This document shows, piece by piece, positions 18,800 through 30,526 of a stretch of DNA of 64,000 bases (positions are counted from its first letter, which is position 1; every line of letters begins with the position of its first letter). The translations under genes and the position numbers were made by a program. The notes beneath the pieces were generated by a model. The model did not search any database. It saw only the letters and a list, made by a program, of their open reading frames with translations, and had not been told where the DNA came from. Origin of the DNA: Myxococcales bacterium (GTDB lineage Bacteria > Myxococcota_A > UBA9042); the NCBI GenBank assembly GCA_037441385.1, contig JBBISH010000007.1, positions 34,963 through 98,962 of the forward strand, written 5' to 3'.

Positions 18800-20622
18800 T
18801 CCTGCGCAACCGCCCTTTGATGCTGTGGATCTCTGGGATGGTCGCCAGCCTGGGTGCCTTTGCCATTGCGCTGGCGGTGGGGCCTGCACCGTGGTCGCTT
18901 GCCCAACTCCTGCAGCTCTCGCACGACGGTGACGCCGCCGCGCGCGCCATCTTGGTCCACATTCGCGGTCCGCGCGCTTTGGGCGCGTGGTTGGTGGGGG
19001 CCTGCTTGTCGCTGGCGGGCGTGCTGTTGCAGACCGCGACGCACAACCCGGTGGCCGACCCGTACTTGATGGGCACCAGCGCGGGCGCGACCTTGGCCGC
19101 CGTGACCTTGGTGCCGTTGTGCCTGTGGCTCGGCGAGACCATGGGCTGGCCGCTGGGGGGTGCGCTGCCGTGGCTGCAGACCGGTACCGCGCTGTTGGGC
19201 GCGCTCGCGGCCGTGAGCCTGACGTTTGCCCTGGCGCGCGGGCGGCATCGGTCGGCCGAGCGGGTGCTCGTCGGCGGCCTGGTGATCACCGCGTTTGGCG
19301 GCGCAGCGACTTCCTTTGTTCTTACCCGGCTTTCCGATGTACGCCTGCGGGCGGCAACGCAGTGGCTGATGGGCGGCGTGGCGCTGCCGGACCTGGCTTC
19401 GGCGTTGCCGGGCGCGCTGGCGGTGGCGATCGCGCTGGGGTGGTCGCTGGCTAATTTGCCAAAATTACAGGCTTTGTCCCTGGGTGACGAGGCCGCGCAC
19501 GGTTTGGGACTGGACGCAGCCCAAGTTGGGCGACGGGCCATGGGCTTGGCGGCGCTGCTTTCGGCCGTAGCGGTGGCGCTGGCGGGCATCGTCGGCTTTG
19601 TGGGGCTGCTGGTGCCGCACGCTCTGCGTCTGGCCCTTGGTCGGGATCCGCGCTTGATTTTGCCAGGTTCTGTGCTGTTGGGTGGCGCCGCGCTGGTGCT
19701 GCTCGACGCGGTGTGCCGAGTGGCCGTGGCGCCGAGCGAGCTGCCGCTGGGCATTTTGACCGCGCTGATGGGCGCGCCGGTGCTGGTGCTCCTGCTGCGG
19801 GATCCGCGCGCAGCGCGTCAGCCGCCGGGCACGCAACTGGTTGCGCAGACAGGCACTAGCGCAGCACCCGCGATTCAATTGTGCGACGTGGCCGTGCAAG
19901 CTCCAACGCGAACGCTGCTCAAGGGCGTGTCAGCCCGCTGGGAAGGTCCGTCCGTGGTGGCGCTGGTTGGCCCGAACGGGTCGGGCAAAACCTCGCTGCT
20001 GCGCACCCTTGCGGGCCTGTGGCCGCTGGCAGGCGGCGAGATGACGGGCGCTTGTGGGGCGGCGGCTCTGGCGCGCGGCGACTGTGCCTACCTGCCGCAG
20101 GATATGGCAATTCCCAGCGATCGCAGCGTGCTGGAGCTGGTGGCGACGGGTCGGCATCACCAGTTGGCCCACGACTGGGGCTGGCGCCTGCAAGGACGCT
20201 TGCCGACCAGCGAATTGCCCCAACTCAATGCCCTGTTGCAGCGTGTCGGTCTGGCTGACCGCGCAGACTCGCCGGTCGAGCAGCTCTCTGGCGGCGAGCG
20301 CCAGCGGGCCCTGGTGGCGATGGCGCTGGCCCGGCAAGCCAAGGTGCTGCTGCTGGATGAACCGACGGCCTCGCTGGACTGGGGCCAAGCGCGGTCAATC
20401 CTTCAAGATCTTCACCGAGATGCCCACGCGGCCGGGCTGCTGGTGGTGGTGACGCTGCACGACTTGCCGCTAGCCGTGGAGTGGGCCGACGAACTGGCGG
20501 TGCTCGACGGGGGCCGTTTGGTGGCCAGCGGCCCGCCCGCCAACGCCGAAGTGCGCACGGCCGTCCTGCAGGTCTTGGGCGCCGAATTGCCCGAGGCACC
20601 GCGCCGCTCTGCCGCGCGTTGA
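18796..20622 (+). CDS. Fused FecCD/BtuC permease plus ABC ATPase (BtuCD-like)
   Basis: Permease motifs (NPVADPYLMG, IVGFVGLLVPH, ELPLGILTALMGAP) run in frame into Walker A GPNGSGKT, signature LSGGERQR, Walker B LLLDEP and an H-loop. GTG start overlaps the btuF stop. Confidence 0.85.
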   Translation: MILRNRPLMLWISGMVASLGAFAIALAVGPAPWSLAQLLQLSHDGDAAARAILVHIRGPRALGAWLVGACLSLAGVLLQTATHNPVADPYLMGTSAGATLAAVTLVPLCLWLGETMGWPLGGALPWLQTGTALLGALAAVSLTFALARGRHRSAERVLVGGLVITAFGGAATSFVLTRLSDVRLRAATQWLMGGVALPDLASALPGALAVAIALGWSLANLPKLQALSLGDEAAHGLGLDAAQVGRRAMGLAALLSAVAVALAGIVGFVGLLVPHALRLALGRDPRLILPGSVLLGGAALVLLDAVCRVAVAPSELPLGILTALMGAPVLVLLLRDPRAARQPPGTQLVAQTGTSAAPAIQLCDVAVQAPTRTLLKGVSARWEGPSVVALVGPNGSGKTSLLRTLAGLWPLAGGEMTGACGAAALARGDCAYLPQDMAIPSDRSVLELVATGRHHQLAHDWGWRLQGRLPTSELPQLNALLQRVGLADRADSPVEQLSGGERQRALVAMALARQAKVLLLDEPTASLDWGQARSILQDLHRDAHAAGLLVVVTLHDLPLAVEWADELAVLDGGRLVASGPPANAEVRTAVLQVLGAELPEAPRRSAAR

Positions 20623-20777
20623 CCCGCCGATCGATGCTGCGGCTTGGGCCGAGCCAGGTGCGCCGGCACTCGATCCGATCGGCACGGATTCGGTCGGATT
20701 CTTGAGGTTGCCCGCCACCGACGCCACAGGTACCATGCCGTGGGTTCGGCCGCATTGCTCGCCAGGCACAGCAGGCC

Positions 20778-22145
20778 ATGGAGTTCGCTATGTTCCTGAT
20801 CGCAGACCGTCTATCTGTTCTTCACCGCACCGCTTGGCTGGCCCTGGCCATGCCGCTTCTGCTCACGGGTTGCCCACAGACTGAAACCCACGACGAAGAT
20901 GCCCAGACCGGCGACGGCACGGCCGCCAAGGACACCCTTGCGGGCGGCGACGGTACCACGGCCGACACGAGCACCGCGGACACAGCGAGCACGTATCCCG
21001 AATTCAAGCCCAATTGCAGCGCCAGCCAGGCATGCGCCGGCGGCAAGACCTGCGTGGACGGCGTCTGCGTGGTTGACCCCACCGCCGCGCAGAAGGGCGA
21101 AGTCACCGATCCGTTCAACGACTACCTGCCCACAACAGACGCCGTGGAGCTGGGTTGCGTGGACGTGCCGCTCGAGACCCAGCTGAAAGACGTCAAAGGC
21201 CCCAGCTCGGTCACCCTTTGGGGCCGCGTCGACCGCTTTGGCGGCGGTCCGCTGACGGCCAACGTCGAAGTCGCCGTCTTCGAACTGAGCAAATTCCACC
21301 CCGAAGCCTGCGCCGGCATCGAAGACGACGACGCCCGCGCCGCTTGCTTCGTCAGCGACAAGGTCGGCACGCCCGTGGGCAAGTCCGTCTCGATCGACCC
21401 CGACTTGGCCAAGGACAACGGCCTGGACGTGGCCTCCAAGGTGGCGGCCGGCCAAGGTTGCGTGCACCACTTGGACTGCCCTTCCGGCTACGAGTGCCGC
21501 AAAGACAACGCCGCGGCCGGCGCCAAAATCTGCCTGCGAACCCATGGCTTGTACGCCATCGAGAAAGTGCCGACCAACACGCGCCTGGTCATTCGCGTGC
21601 ACGGACTGGCCGCCAAGGACAAGTGGCACGACGGCTACTACTGGGACGTGGTGCTGTTTGCCGACCACGCCGACAAGAAGGGCGCCGAGACGCAGCCGAG
21701 CAAGTACGTGAATCAAGACACCTATCGCTCGAACCCAACGATCGTGGGCGAGGGCCAATGGCAGCTAGTGCCCACCACCATTGGCCTGCAGGGCATCGAA
21801 CTGGGCCACGGCGTCATCGGCGGCCGCATCCGCGACTGCGGCGTGGCGAGCGGTCGGGGCGGCTGGGCCATCCACAACGCCAAGGTGGGCATGGGAGTTC
21901 TTCCCAAAGGTTTCGCCTATTTCAATGACAACGAGGATGACACCGTCCCGGTCAAGACCGCCTCGGCGACCGACACCTTGGGGCGCTTTGCTGCCGTGGA
22001 CATGCCGGCCGGGCACAACCGCGTCGCCGCAGCAACCATGATCGGCGGCAAGGCCACGTCGCTCGGCAGCCTGGACGTGTTCGTGATCCCAGACGCCCTG
22101 ATGATCGTCAGCTTGCCGGGCCGCATCCCGGTGCTCACCAAGTAG
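20778..22145 (+). CDS. Cys-rich lipoprotein of unknown function
   Basis: Lipobox LTGC, D/T-rich linker, Cys-rich modules and carboxypeptidase-regulatory-like beta segments; strong codon bias. Confidence 0.75.
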   Translation: MEFAMFLIADRLSVLHRTAWLALAMPLLLTGCPQTETHDEDAQTGDGTAAKDTLAGGDGTTADTSTADTASTYPEFKPNCSASQACAGGKTCVDGVCVVDPTAAQKGEVTDPFNDYLPTTDAVELGCVDVPLETQLKDVKGPSSVTLWGRVDRFGGGPLTANVEVAVFELSKFHPEACAGIEDDDARAACFVSDKVGTPVGKSVSIDPDLAKDNGLDVASKVAAGQGCVHHLDCPSGYECRKDNAAAGAKICLRTHGLYAIEKVPTNTRLVIRVHGLAAKDKWHDGYYWDVVLFADHADKKGAETQPSKYVNQDTYRSNPTIVGEGQWQLVPTTIGLQGIELGHGVIGGRIRDCGVASGRGGWAIHNAKVGMGVLPKGFAYFNDNEDDTVPVKTASATDTLGRFAAVDMPAGHNRVAAATMIGGKATSLGSLDVFVIPDALMIVSLPGRIPVLTK

Positions 22146-22198
22146 CCCACCTGGGTAGCAGGGGCCCCGCTGGCCCGTGCCGCCAAGCCAAGGACGCC

Positions 22199-22711
22199 AT
22201 GAAACACCTCTCCGTTGCTCTGGTTTTGCTGTCGCTGCAGGCCGCGGGTTGCGGTCGCGCCGCCCCGCCCGAGCACGCCAAACGCACGCCGACCGCCGGC
22301 ACGGCCCAACTGCCCGAGACGCCGAACCTGGACCCGGTTGAGGCGCCGCTGAGCTATCCGGATGGCGCCCTGTCGGTGCGCGGTCTGCTGGCGGCCGACA
22401 AGGGGATTTTGGCCAAAGAGGTGGCGGTGCGCGGCTACGTGGCTGCCATGACCACCTGCCCGCCGGCCGAAACGGCGTGCAAGCCGGCGCCACACCTTTT
22501 CCTGAGCGATCAGGCCGATCGACTGGGCAAGCGGTTGCTGGTGGGCGGCGAGCGCCACCTGGAGGCGCGCGGGTTCACCATCGGCCAGCAGATCACCGTC
22601 AAGGGCCATTTCACCACCTCGAGCGACGATGGCGTGTACTTCGCGCCCGGGGGCCTGCTGCTGCTGACCCCGCTGGAGCCGCCGCCTGCTGCCGCGCCCG
22701 ACGCGAACTGA
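22199..22711 (+). CDS. Small lipoprotein, possible OB-fold
   Basis: Lipobox AAGC; EVAVRGYV...CPPAETAC...IGQQITVKG; AAGGA SD. Confidence 0.7.
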   Translation: MKHLSVALVLLSLQAAGCGRAAPPEHAKRTPTAGTAQLPETPNLDPVEAPLSYPDGALSVRGLLAADKGILAKEVAVRGYVAAMTTCPPAETACKPAPHLFLSDQADRLGKRLLVGGERHLEARGFTIGQQITVKGHFTTSSDDGVYFAPGGLLLLTPLEPPPAAAPDAN

Positions 22712-22721
22712 GGCCGCGCGC

Positions 22722-24896
22722 ATGCCGTGGGCCGCGATGCTGGGCAAGTCCAAGCAGATCCTGTTGGTTTGCGTGCTGGCCGTCGCCATGACTGGGCCGG
22801 CGTGGGCCGCGTCGCCTCCAATCGGTCCAGGCCGCGAAGCCGACGTGCTGCAGCTGTTGGCGCCCTATCGCGATGGCGCGGAGGTGCTGCCGGGCATCCG
22901 CCTGCAAGAGGTGGCGCTGCAGCCCACGTCGATCGAGTTGAAGCTGCAGGGCCCGCAAGACAGTACGGCGTCTCTGGTTTTTTCGACCAGCGACGGAGCC
23001 CGCTCGTTCGTGGAAACGCGCCGGCAGGCCAGTTCGCCCAGCCTGGAGCCGGCCCTGCAAGCTTTGGCCCAGGCGGTGGGCCAACACGACCACGGCACCT
23101 TCTTTGCCAACGCCGCGCCCCTGGCCACGTCCCACGCTCTGGGCGACCTGCCAGCACCAGGGGCAACCCCCGGTACGCCCACGCTGACCACGCCGCTGGA
23201 TTGGGCCGCGCTGCTGGCGTGGCTGGTGCTGCTGGTGGCGATGGCGGCCAAGGCCCTGCGGCCTCCGCGCACCTGGACCACCGTGGTGATGGGCCTGTTG
23301 CTGTGGGTGGTAGCCGCGCAAGTGCGCCACGCGCTGCCGCTGACGCCGCTCCACGCCGACGACCACGCCTACCTGGAGCTGGGACTGGCGGCAGGGGCCG
23401 ACCCGCACGGCGCGCGCCTGTCGCACCTGCTGCAATTCTACGGGCCGGCGTGGTTCCAGGCGCAACAATGGACCGCGGGCCTGTTCGGCGCCCACCACGA
23501 CGGCGTGGGCCATTGGGCGGCTGCGGTGAGCGGCTTGTCCGTGGCGTTGGCGGCGGTGGCCGCGCGGCGTGCCTCTGGGCGCTGGCTGCCGGCCTTGTTG
23601 GCGGCGGCGGTGTGCATCTGGGCGCCCGTGGCCGCGCGGGTGGGCCACAGCGAAAGCGCCTTGGTGGTGGCCCAGTTCCTGATTGCTGCCGTGCTGTGGC
23701 TGGCCTCGCCGCCGTACCCTCCGCGCAGTGGCGCCTGGGATCTGGCTGGGGTGTCGGCCGGCCTGGCGCTGCTCTGCTGGGGGCACAGCCTGGGCCCGAT
23801 CTACGCCGCGGGCGCTGGACTTTGTGCCTGGGCCTTGTCCGTGCGGCCGCGACCCACGACGACCGCCGGCCACCCCGACCCCGAGCACGCGCTGCCTGGG
23901 CCCGAATCCCGAGCAACCACGCTGGATTGGCTGCCAAGCCGCGGCTCCTTGCTGGCCGGCGCGGTAGGGGGAACGCTGGCCCTGGGTGCGGCATTGTGGC
24001 AATTCGTCAGTCACCGCGCCCTCTTGGGCGATCGCTTGGGTGCGACTGACTCGCTTCTGCCCGTGCCCGGCCGGTTCTGGGCCTACCTGCTGTGGTGGAA
24101 CGGCGACTGGGCGCCCACCGCCTTCGCGACCGTGGTCGTAGGCTTTGGTTTCGCCGGGTTGTATGCCCAACGCCGCGTCCATGGCCGCGCCATCGGTGCA
24201 CTGAGCGCGGGCGCCTATGCTTTGGGCACCTTGGCCACCGCCGTAGCCGGCCTGCTGGTGGTGGCGTGCACGACAGACGCAGCCCGCTACCAAGCGCCCC
24301 TGGCGCCTACGCTACTGGTCGTGGCTGGCTTTGCACCGCGGTTTGCCGAGTTGTTCGCCGAATCGCGCCATTTGCCCGCCATCGGCGCGGCCACCTTGGC
24401 CCAGATGGCCGCGCTGGTGCAGGTGCTGATGGGCTTGCCGGCGCGGAGCAGCCTGGACGCCCAAGGCCAGTTCTACGCCGTGCTCCGCCACGAATTGGCC
24501 AGTGAACCGGGCGAACTCACCTTGGTCGTGCCCACGCGCAAACCCGGCGAACGGCGCCACGTAGTCGTGGACCTGCCCAGCGGTCGCTGGAGCCAGGCGG
24601 GCCCCACCAGCCAGACGATGTCGGCCCAGGAATTCTTGGGCCGCTGCAAGCAGCTAGGTGCCAAAGCCGCCGAGCACACCTGGGTCGCACTGTCGCCGGC
24701 CTGCGAAGCCGTCGATCTGCCTGGGCTGGCCAAGCCTTGCGCTGAACTCGAGGCCCTGCTGGCTCCCACGGGCCCGCTGCGCGCCGGCTTTGTGCGGCCG
24801 TGGGCGGGAGAGCCCGAGCGGGGGCTGGCCGGAGAATTCCATAAATTTCCGTCAGATTCCGTACCCTGGCGCTTGGGCCAAGCCCGCTGCCCCTAG
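22722..24896 (+). CDS. Polytopic membrane protein (possibly GT-C glycosyltransferase-like)
   Basis: Signal peptide, periplasmic N-domain and many TM helices with an HADDHAY acidic motif in an early loop; function inferred only. Confidence 0.6.
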   Translation: MPWAAMLGKSKQILLVCVLAVAMTGPAWAASPPIGPGREADVLQLLAPYRDGAEVLPGIRLQEVALQPTSIELKLQGPQDSTASLVFSTSDGARSFVETRRQASSPSLEPALQALAQAVGQHDHGTFFANAAPLATSHALGDLPAPGATPGTPTLTTPLDWAALLAWLVLLVAMAAKALRPPRTWTTVVMGLLLWVVAAQVRHALPLTPLHADDHAYLELGLAAGADPHGARLSHLLQFYGPAWFQAQQWTAGLFGAHHDGVGHWAAAVSGLSVALAAVAARRASGRWLPALLAAAVCIWAPVAARVGHSESALVVAQFLIAAVLWLASPPYPPRSGAWDLAGVSAGLALLCWGHSLGPIYAAGAGLCAWALSVRPRPTTTAGHPDPEHALPGPESRATTLDWLPSRGSLLAGAVGGTLALGAALWQFVSHRALLGDRLGATDSLLPVPGRFWAYLLWWNGDWAPTAFATVVVGFGFAGLYAQRRVHGRAIGALSAGAYALGTLATAVAGLLVVACTTDAARYQAPLAPTLLVVAGFAPRFAELFAESRHLPAIGAATLAQMAALVQVLMGLPARSSLDAQGQFYAVLRHELASEPGELTLVVPTRKPGERRHVVVDLPSGRWSQAGPTSQTMSAQEFLGRCKQLGAKAAEHTWVALSPACEAVDLPGLAKPCAELEALLAPTGPLRAGFVRPWAGEPERGLAGEFHKFPSDSVPWRLGQARCP

Positions 24897-25044
24897 CGAG
24901 CCGCCCCTGCCTATTGCGACGGGATGGCCCCCTCTTTTCTATCCACCCCGATCTGGTGCACAATCCGCGGCGGCGGCTGCCCTGGCTTTGTTGCCGCAGT
25001 GGGGAACGCGCCCCGAACTTCTCTACGCCGCGCGCAGGTAGTCT

Positions 25045-25296
25045 ATGAGCAACAAGCACAATATCGTCCGCGTCAGCAACTCGTTCACCCGCCAAGAGAT
25101 TCGCATCCTGTGCGACATCATCATCCAGGCGACCTCGCAGGAATTCCGCGGCCGCAACCCGCTGCTGAAGTACGTGGAAAACCCCAACTTTCCGCAGCTG
25201 TACCGCAAGCTGACCAGCATGCAAGAGAAGGCCGATGCCCTGCACCAGTCGGCGCGGATGGGCGGCGGCGACGGCGGCGAGAAAGCCGAAAAGTAG
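25045..25296 (+). CDS. Small hypothetical cytoplasmic protein (83 aa)
   Basis: Strong GC3 codon bias, AGGT upstream; stop sits 5 bp from the convergent gene's stop. Confidence 0.65.
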   Translation: MSNKHNIVRVSNSFTRQEIRILCDIIIQATSQEFRGRNPLLKYVENPNFPQLYRKLTSMQEKADALHQSARMGGGDGGEKAEK

Positions 25297-25301
25297 CCCG
25301 C

Positions 25302-27605
25302 CTACGGCAGGCCCGCCAGACCGCGACACTGCTGCTTCAGCGTCGCCAGGTCGCGCGCCGGCAGGGCACACACCCCAGCGCGGCAAACGTAGGCGCAGGG
25401 CTGCGCGGCCTCGGCCGGCCGATCGCGCACCAGCGGAGACACAGCCAGCCAATCGCTGTAGTTTTCTCCACTTCGCAGTACTAGCGCCACGTCAAACTCG
25501 GCGATCGCACCCATAACCACAGAACGCCACTGCACTTCGTCTGCATGTGGCGTGGTTGGCAACACCAGCACGATACTGTGAGCCGCCCCATTGCGCGCTT
25601 CGACCACGCGCAACATCTCGGCGAAGGCCAAAGGAATTCGCCCAAGCTCGCGGCCGACCCGCCCCAGCAGCTGGTCGCAACGGGCCAACCAACTCGCATC
25701 GTCGGTCCAACGGTACAGGCGCAGCGCGTTGGCCGCCGCCACGGACTGCCCGGCCGGCTCGGCGCCGTCGTACTCGCTTTGCGGCCGCGCCAGCAGGCGC
25801 TCGCCGCCCAGGGGCGTCTGGAACCAGCCCCCCAGCGGGTCGCCAAAGCGTGCGTCCAGTTCGCGCTGCAGGTCCGCGGCGCGCCGCAACCAGCGGAGGT
25901 CGCTCGTCGCCTGCAGCAAGTCCAGCAAGCCCGCAACCAGAAAGGCGTAGTCATCCAAGAACGCCGCAGGACCGCGCCGCCCACCCAAGGCGCTGCGGTG
26001 CAGCACGCCTTGCTCGTCGACCAGATGCTGCAGCAGTCCCTGGGCAGCCTCCGCCGCCGCCCGGACATAGGGCTCCTCGCCCAGCCGCCAACCCGCCCGA
26101 GCCAAGGCCCCGATCGCCAAGCCATTCCAGCTGCACAGCAGCTTTTCGTCGCGAAGGGGCGGCTCGCGACGCTCGCGCGCGCTCCGCAGGGTGTCCAGCG
26201 CCTTCTCGATAGCAGGAGCCGGCGGAAATTCACCCGTTGCAACTGGATCGCAATGCAATAGATTGCGTCCTTCTGGGAACTCCCAGTGTTCGCCAAAGAA
26301 ATTGCCATGTTCGTTGGCCCGGTACCGCTGCGCGAATTCGCCCACGTCGTCGCCCAGCAGGTCGCACAACTGGGCCCATGGCCAGGTGAAATACCACCCC
26401 TCGCGGCCCTCGCTGTCGGCGTCCGTGGCGGCATAGAATGGCCCATCGGGGTGGCGCAGGTCGCGCAGCAGGTAGTCCAGGGTGCGCCGCACCGCGTACT
26501 CGCTCCACGCCTCCGGACTCGCGCGATAAAGATCCAACAAAGACAGAACGATCAAGGCCTGATCGTAAAGCATCTTCTCAAAATGTGGCGCAAACCACCT
26601 AGAATCAGTACTGTACCTGTGCCATCCACCTGCGACGTGATCGTGGATGCCGCCTTGGGTCATGCGCAGCAGCGTCAGGCGACAAGCGTCGACCAGTTCG
26701 GCGCGGTCCCGGCGAGCCGCAACCGCCAGCAGCAAGCGAATCGGCAGGTGCGACGGGAACTTGGGGGCCCCGTGCCGGCCGCCCCATTGATGGTCCAGCT
26801 CGCGCAGCGCCTGGGCTACAGCGCGGTCGACCACGTCCAGGCCCGGGAGGCTGCCGGGTTCGTCTTGACGAGCCTGCAGTTGGGCGCGCACGGCCGCGGC
26901 AATCTCGCCACCCTGCGCCAATACCGCCGCTTGCTGCTCGGTCCACGCCGCATGCAAACCCAGCAGGATCTGGTCAAAACCTTGGCGGGCCCCGCGCACG
27001 CCCTGGCGCGGCGGAAAGTACGTCCCGCAAAAGAACGGCAGCCCGGTCACCCCTTCGGCGCCGGGCAGCAGCCACACGCTCATCGGCCAGCCACCGTGGC
27101 CGCTGGTGGCCTGCAGCGCGGCCATGTACACCGCGTCCACATCGGGCCGCTCTTCGCGGTCGACTTTGACCGGCACGTACAACTCGTTGAGAATCGTGGC
27201 GATCTCTACGTCCTCGAAGGACTCGTGCTCCATCACGTGGCACCAATGACACGTCGAGTAGCCCACCGACAAGAAGATCGGCCGGCCCAGGGCGCGCGCC
27301 TCGTCAAACGCCTGGGGGCCCCACGGTCGCCAGTCCACCGGGTTGAAGGCGTGCTGGGCCAGGTAGGGACTCGCTTCCAAAATCAAGCGGTTGCAGTAGT
27401 TGGGCCGCGCACCGGCCGGGGCGCAGGGCACGTGCTGCTCGCCGTGCTCGGCGCCATTCCAATGGCGGGTGCGCGGGGCAAAATCCACAGGCAAGGCCTG
27501 CCACTGCGCCTCGATAGCCGCCTGGATTTGGGCAGGCCGCAGCGGCGCGGCGGGACAGGGTTGCAGGGCGTGAGCGAGGTCGGGCGAGGTCTGGGGTTGG
27601 CTCAT
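25302..27605 (-). CDS. Thioredoxin-domain protein, DUF255/YyaL/SSP411 family
   Basis: [61 protein letters not shown] and DADSEG. Confidence 0.9.
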   Translation of the reverse strand: MSQPQTSPDLAHALQPCPAAPLRPAQIQAAIEAQWQALPVDFAPRTRHWNGAEHGEQHVPCAPAGARPNYCNRLILEASPYLAQHAFNPVDWRPWGPQAFDEARALGRPIFLSVGYSTCHWCHVMEHESFEDVEIATILNELYVPVKVDREERPDVDAVYMAALQATSGHGGWPMSVWLLPGAEGVTGLPFFCGTYFPPRQGVRGARQGFDQILLGLHAAWTEQQAAVLAQGGEIAAAVRAQLQARQDEPGSLPGLDVVDRAVAQALRELDHQWGGRHGAPKFPSHLPIRLLLAVAARRDRAELVDACRLTLLRMTQGGIHDHVAGGWHRYSTDSRWFAPHFEKMLYDQALIVLSLLDLYRASPEAWSEYAVRRTLDYLLRDLRHPDGPFYAATDADSEGREGWYFTWPWAQLCDLLGDDVGEFAQRYRANEHGNFFGEHWEFPEGRNLLHCDPVATGEFPPAPAIEKALDTLRSARERREPPLRDEKLLCSWNGLAIGALARAGWRLGEEPYVRAAAEAAQGLLQHLVDEQGVLHRSALGGRRGPAAFLDDYAFLVAGLLDLLQATSDLRWLRRAADLQRELDARFGDPLGGWFQTPLGGERLLARPQSEYDGAEPAGQSVAAANALRLYRWTDDASWLARCDQLLGRVGRELGRIPLAFAEMLRVVEARNGAAHSIVLVLPTTPHADEVQWRSVVMGAIAEFDVALVLRSGENYSDWLAVSPLVRDRPAEAAQPCAYVCRAGVCALPARDLATLKQQCRGLAGLP

Positions 27606-27738
27606 GGTGCCGGCACCTTCGGGCCGTCGCGGCCACGGATCAAGGGGGGCATTTTCTACTCTATGAAAATAGGTCGGTTTCCGCCCTACCTTGCCCGGCG
27701 ACGGTGAACGCGCTAGAAGGCGGGGCGTGGAGGCGAAA

Positions 27739-28815
27739 ATGACTCGTTCTGTCCTTGGTTGTGGCGGCCGCCGTTGGGTAGGCCTGACTTTTGTCGCACT
27801 CACCGCGCTGGCGAGCGCCACAGGCTGCGGCAAGGGCGAGAAAAAGGAGGCGCCCAACTACTTTGCGCCCGACCCCAAGCCGCCCAAGCTGGACCTGAGC
27901 GACGTCATTCCGGTGGAGTCGGCCGACGTGGCCGCGCCCGAGCCGGATTCATGGGCGGGCAAGGTCAAGGAACTTGTCGCCACGACGGAGGCCGACCTGC
28001 AGCGCTGCCGCAACGAGTTCTTGATTCCCTTCCAGTTCGCCGCCATGAAACGCCGCGACCTGCTCCTGTCGGGCACCATGGACGAGGTGTGCATGACCGG
28101 CAGCAAGGAGCTGAAGACCCGCGGTCCGCGCAAGCTCTTGGACCTGCTGGCCAAAGAGCACATCGGCAAGCACCCGGCGCTGGACCGCTTCATCGTGCTG
28201 GGCATGGAGCAAGTCGAGACGTACGCGGTGTTTTCGTACATGACCAAGAAGATCGGCGCGCCCGACCTAGACAACGTCGTCGACATTGCCAAGAACGCTC
28301 AGCAGCGCATCCTGGAGCTGGCGCCACAGCTGGACAAAGCCGCTGCCGAGATCGCCAAGTGGGAGGACAAGCAACTGGCCGACGACGACCCAGCGGTGGC
28401 GGGCGCCGCCATCGACGCCGCAGCCTTCAAGCAACACCTCATCGACGGCTACGCCCCGGTGATCGCCGACCTGGCCACCGGCTACGAGCGCATGGCCGAC
28501 AAGTCGTGGCAGGGCTACAACATGCCCAAGCTCGACACCATCCAGGCCATGCAGGTCATCTTGGAAAAGCGCGTGCAGCAGGACCGCGCGCGGCTGGCCA
28601 AGGTCACGGCCGACGACAAGCAAAAGGCTGAATTCGAAGCCTTCTTTGCCGCGTGCGACGCCGCCGCCAAGCAAGTCGCCACCTGCTACGACTACTACAA
28701 GAAGAAGCCCAAGGACGAGCGCCCGGAACGCGATCCCAACCTGAAGAAAGTCCAGGCGGCGCAAAAGGGGCTGGCCAAGTCGCTGGCGGGTTGGGGCTGG
28801 GCAGCGCCCAAGTAG
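27739..28815 (+). CDS. Helical lipoprotein of unknown function
   Basis: GGAGG SD, lipobox ATGC, strong codon bias. Confidence 0.75.
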   Translation: MTRSVLGCGGRRWVGLTFVALTALASATGCGKGEKKEAPNYFAPDPKPPKLDLSDVIPVESADVAAPEPDSWAGKVKELVATTEADLQRCRNEFLIPFQFAAMKRRDLLLSGTMDEVCMTGSKELKTRGPRKLLDLLAKEHIGKHPALDRFIVLGMEQVETYAVFSYMTKKIGAPDLDNVVDIAKNAQQRILELAPQLDKAAAEIAKWEDKQLADDDPAVAGAAIDAAAFKQHLIDGYAPVIADLATGYERMADKSWQGYNMPKLDTIQAMQVILEKRVQQDRARLAKVTADDKQKAEFEAFFAACDAAAKQVATCYDYYKKKPKDERPERDPNLKKVQAAQKGLAKSLAGWGWAAPK

Positions 28816-28818
28816 ACG

Positions 28819-29529
28819 ATGGCCATCGCGCGGCTGGGCGAGACCATCGCCTTTCCTGATCCCGAGTCGGCCCACCCCAGCGGCGCCGTGGCCTTTGGCG
28901 GCGACCTGAGCGTGGAGCGACTCCTGGTCGCCTATAGCATGGGCATCTTTCCGTGGCCCAGCGGTCCCCGGCAGTTGTGGTGGCACGCGCCGGCCGAGCG
29001 GTTCGTGGTCGCACCGGGGCAGGTCCACATCAACCGCACCTTGCGCAAGGTCTTGGCCAAGCACCCCTATCGGATCTCGCTGGATACGTGCTTCCAGCGG
29101 GTCATGGAGGCCTGCGCCAACACGCCGCGTCCGGGGCAAGACGGCACCTGGATCCTGCCAGAAATGGTGACCAGCTATACCCAGCTGCACCACATGGGCC
29201 TGGCGCACAGCGTCGAGGCCTGGCAGGGCGACGAGTTGGTTGGTGGCCTGTACGGCGTGGCCCTGGGGCGCGGCTTCAACGGCGAGTCGATGTTTTCGCA
29301 CGCCGACAACGCCAGCAAAGTTGCGTTCGTGACACTGGCCGAGCAACTGCGCCGCTGGGGCTTCTACTTCATCGACGCGCAAGTGCACACGCCGCTTCTG
29401 GAATCCTTGGGCGGCGCCGCCATTCCGCGGCGGAGTTTTACGCAGCTGGTGCAGGCGGCCGTGGCGCAGTCGGGCGTGCCCGGACCGTGGCAACTCGACG
29501 CAGACCTGCGGCAAGGGCGCGGGCCGTAG
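28819..29529 (+). CDS. aat: Leucyl/phenylalanyl-tRNA--protein transferase
   Basis: GGDLSVERLLVAYSMGIFPW, AHSVEAW, LVGGLYGV, GESMFS and NASKVAF. Confidence 0.93.
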   Translation: MAIARLGETIAFPDPESAHPSGAVAFGGDLSVERLLVAYSMGIFPWPSGPRQLWWHAPAERFVVAPGQVHINRTLRKVLAKHPYRISLDTCFQRVMEACANTPRPGQDGTWILPEMVTSYTQLHHMGLAHSVEAWQGDELVGGLYGVALGRGFNGESMFSHADNASKVAFVTLAEQLRRWGFYFIDAQVHTPLLESLGGAAIPRRSFTQLVQAAVAQSGVPGPWQLDADLRQGRGP

Positions 29530-29638
29530 CGGTTTTTGCCGCCGCACCGTAGCGTGTCGCCCCAGGAATCGGCTACGCTTGCGCTTCTGCCCGCCAACGG
29601 GCATCCGCTTGTCGCCTCCACATCCTACAGGAAGGACC

Positions 29639-30520
<882 letters not shown>

Positions 30521-30526
30521 GCAAGT

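Noticed and set aside
27651..27670. ATTTTC-N8-GAAAAT inverted repeat in a divergent promoter
   Set aside because: Only 6-bp arms, a single occurrence and no matching regulator nearby; too weak to call.
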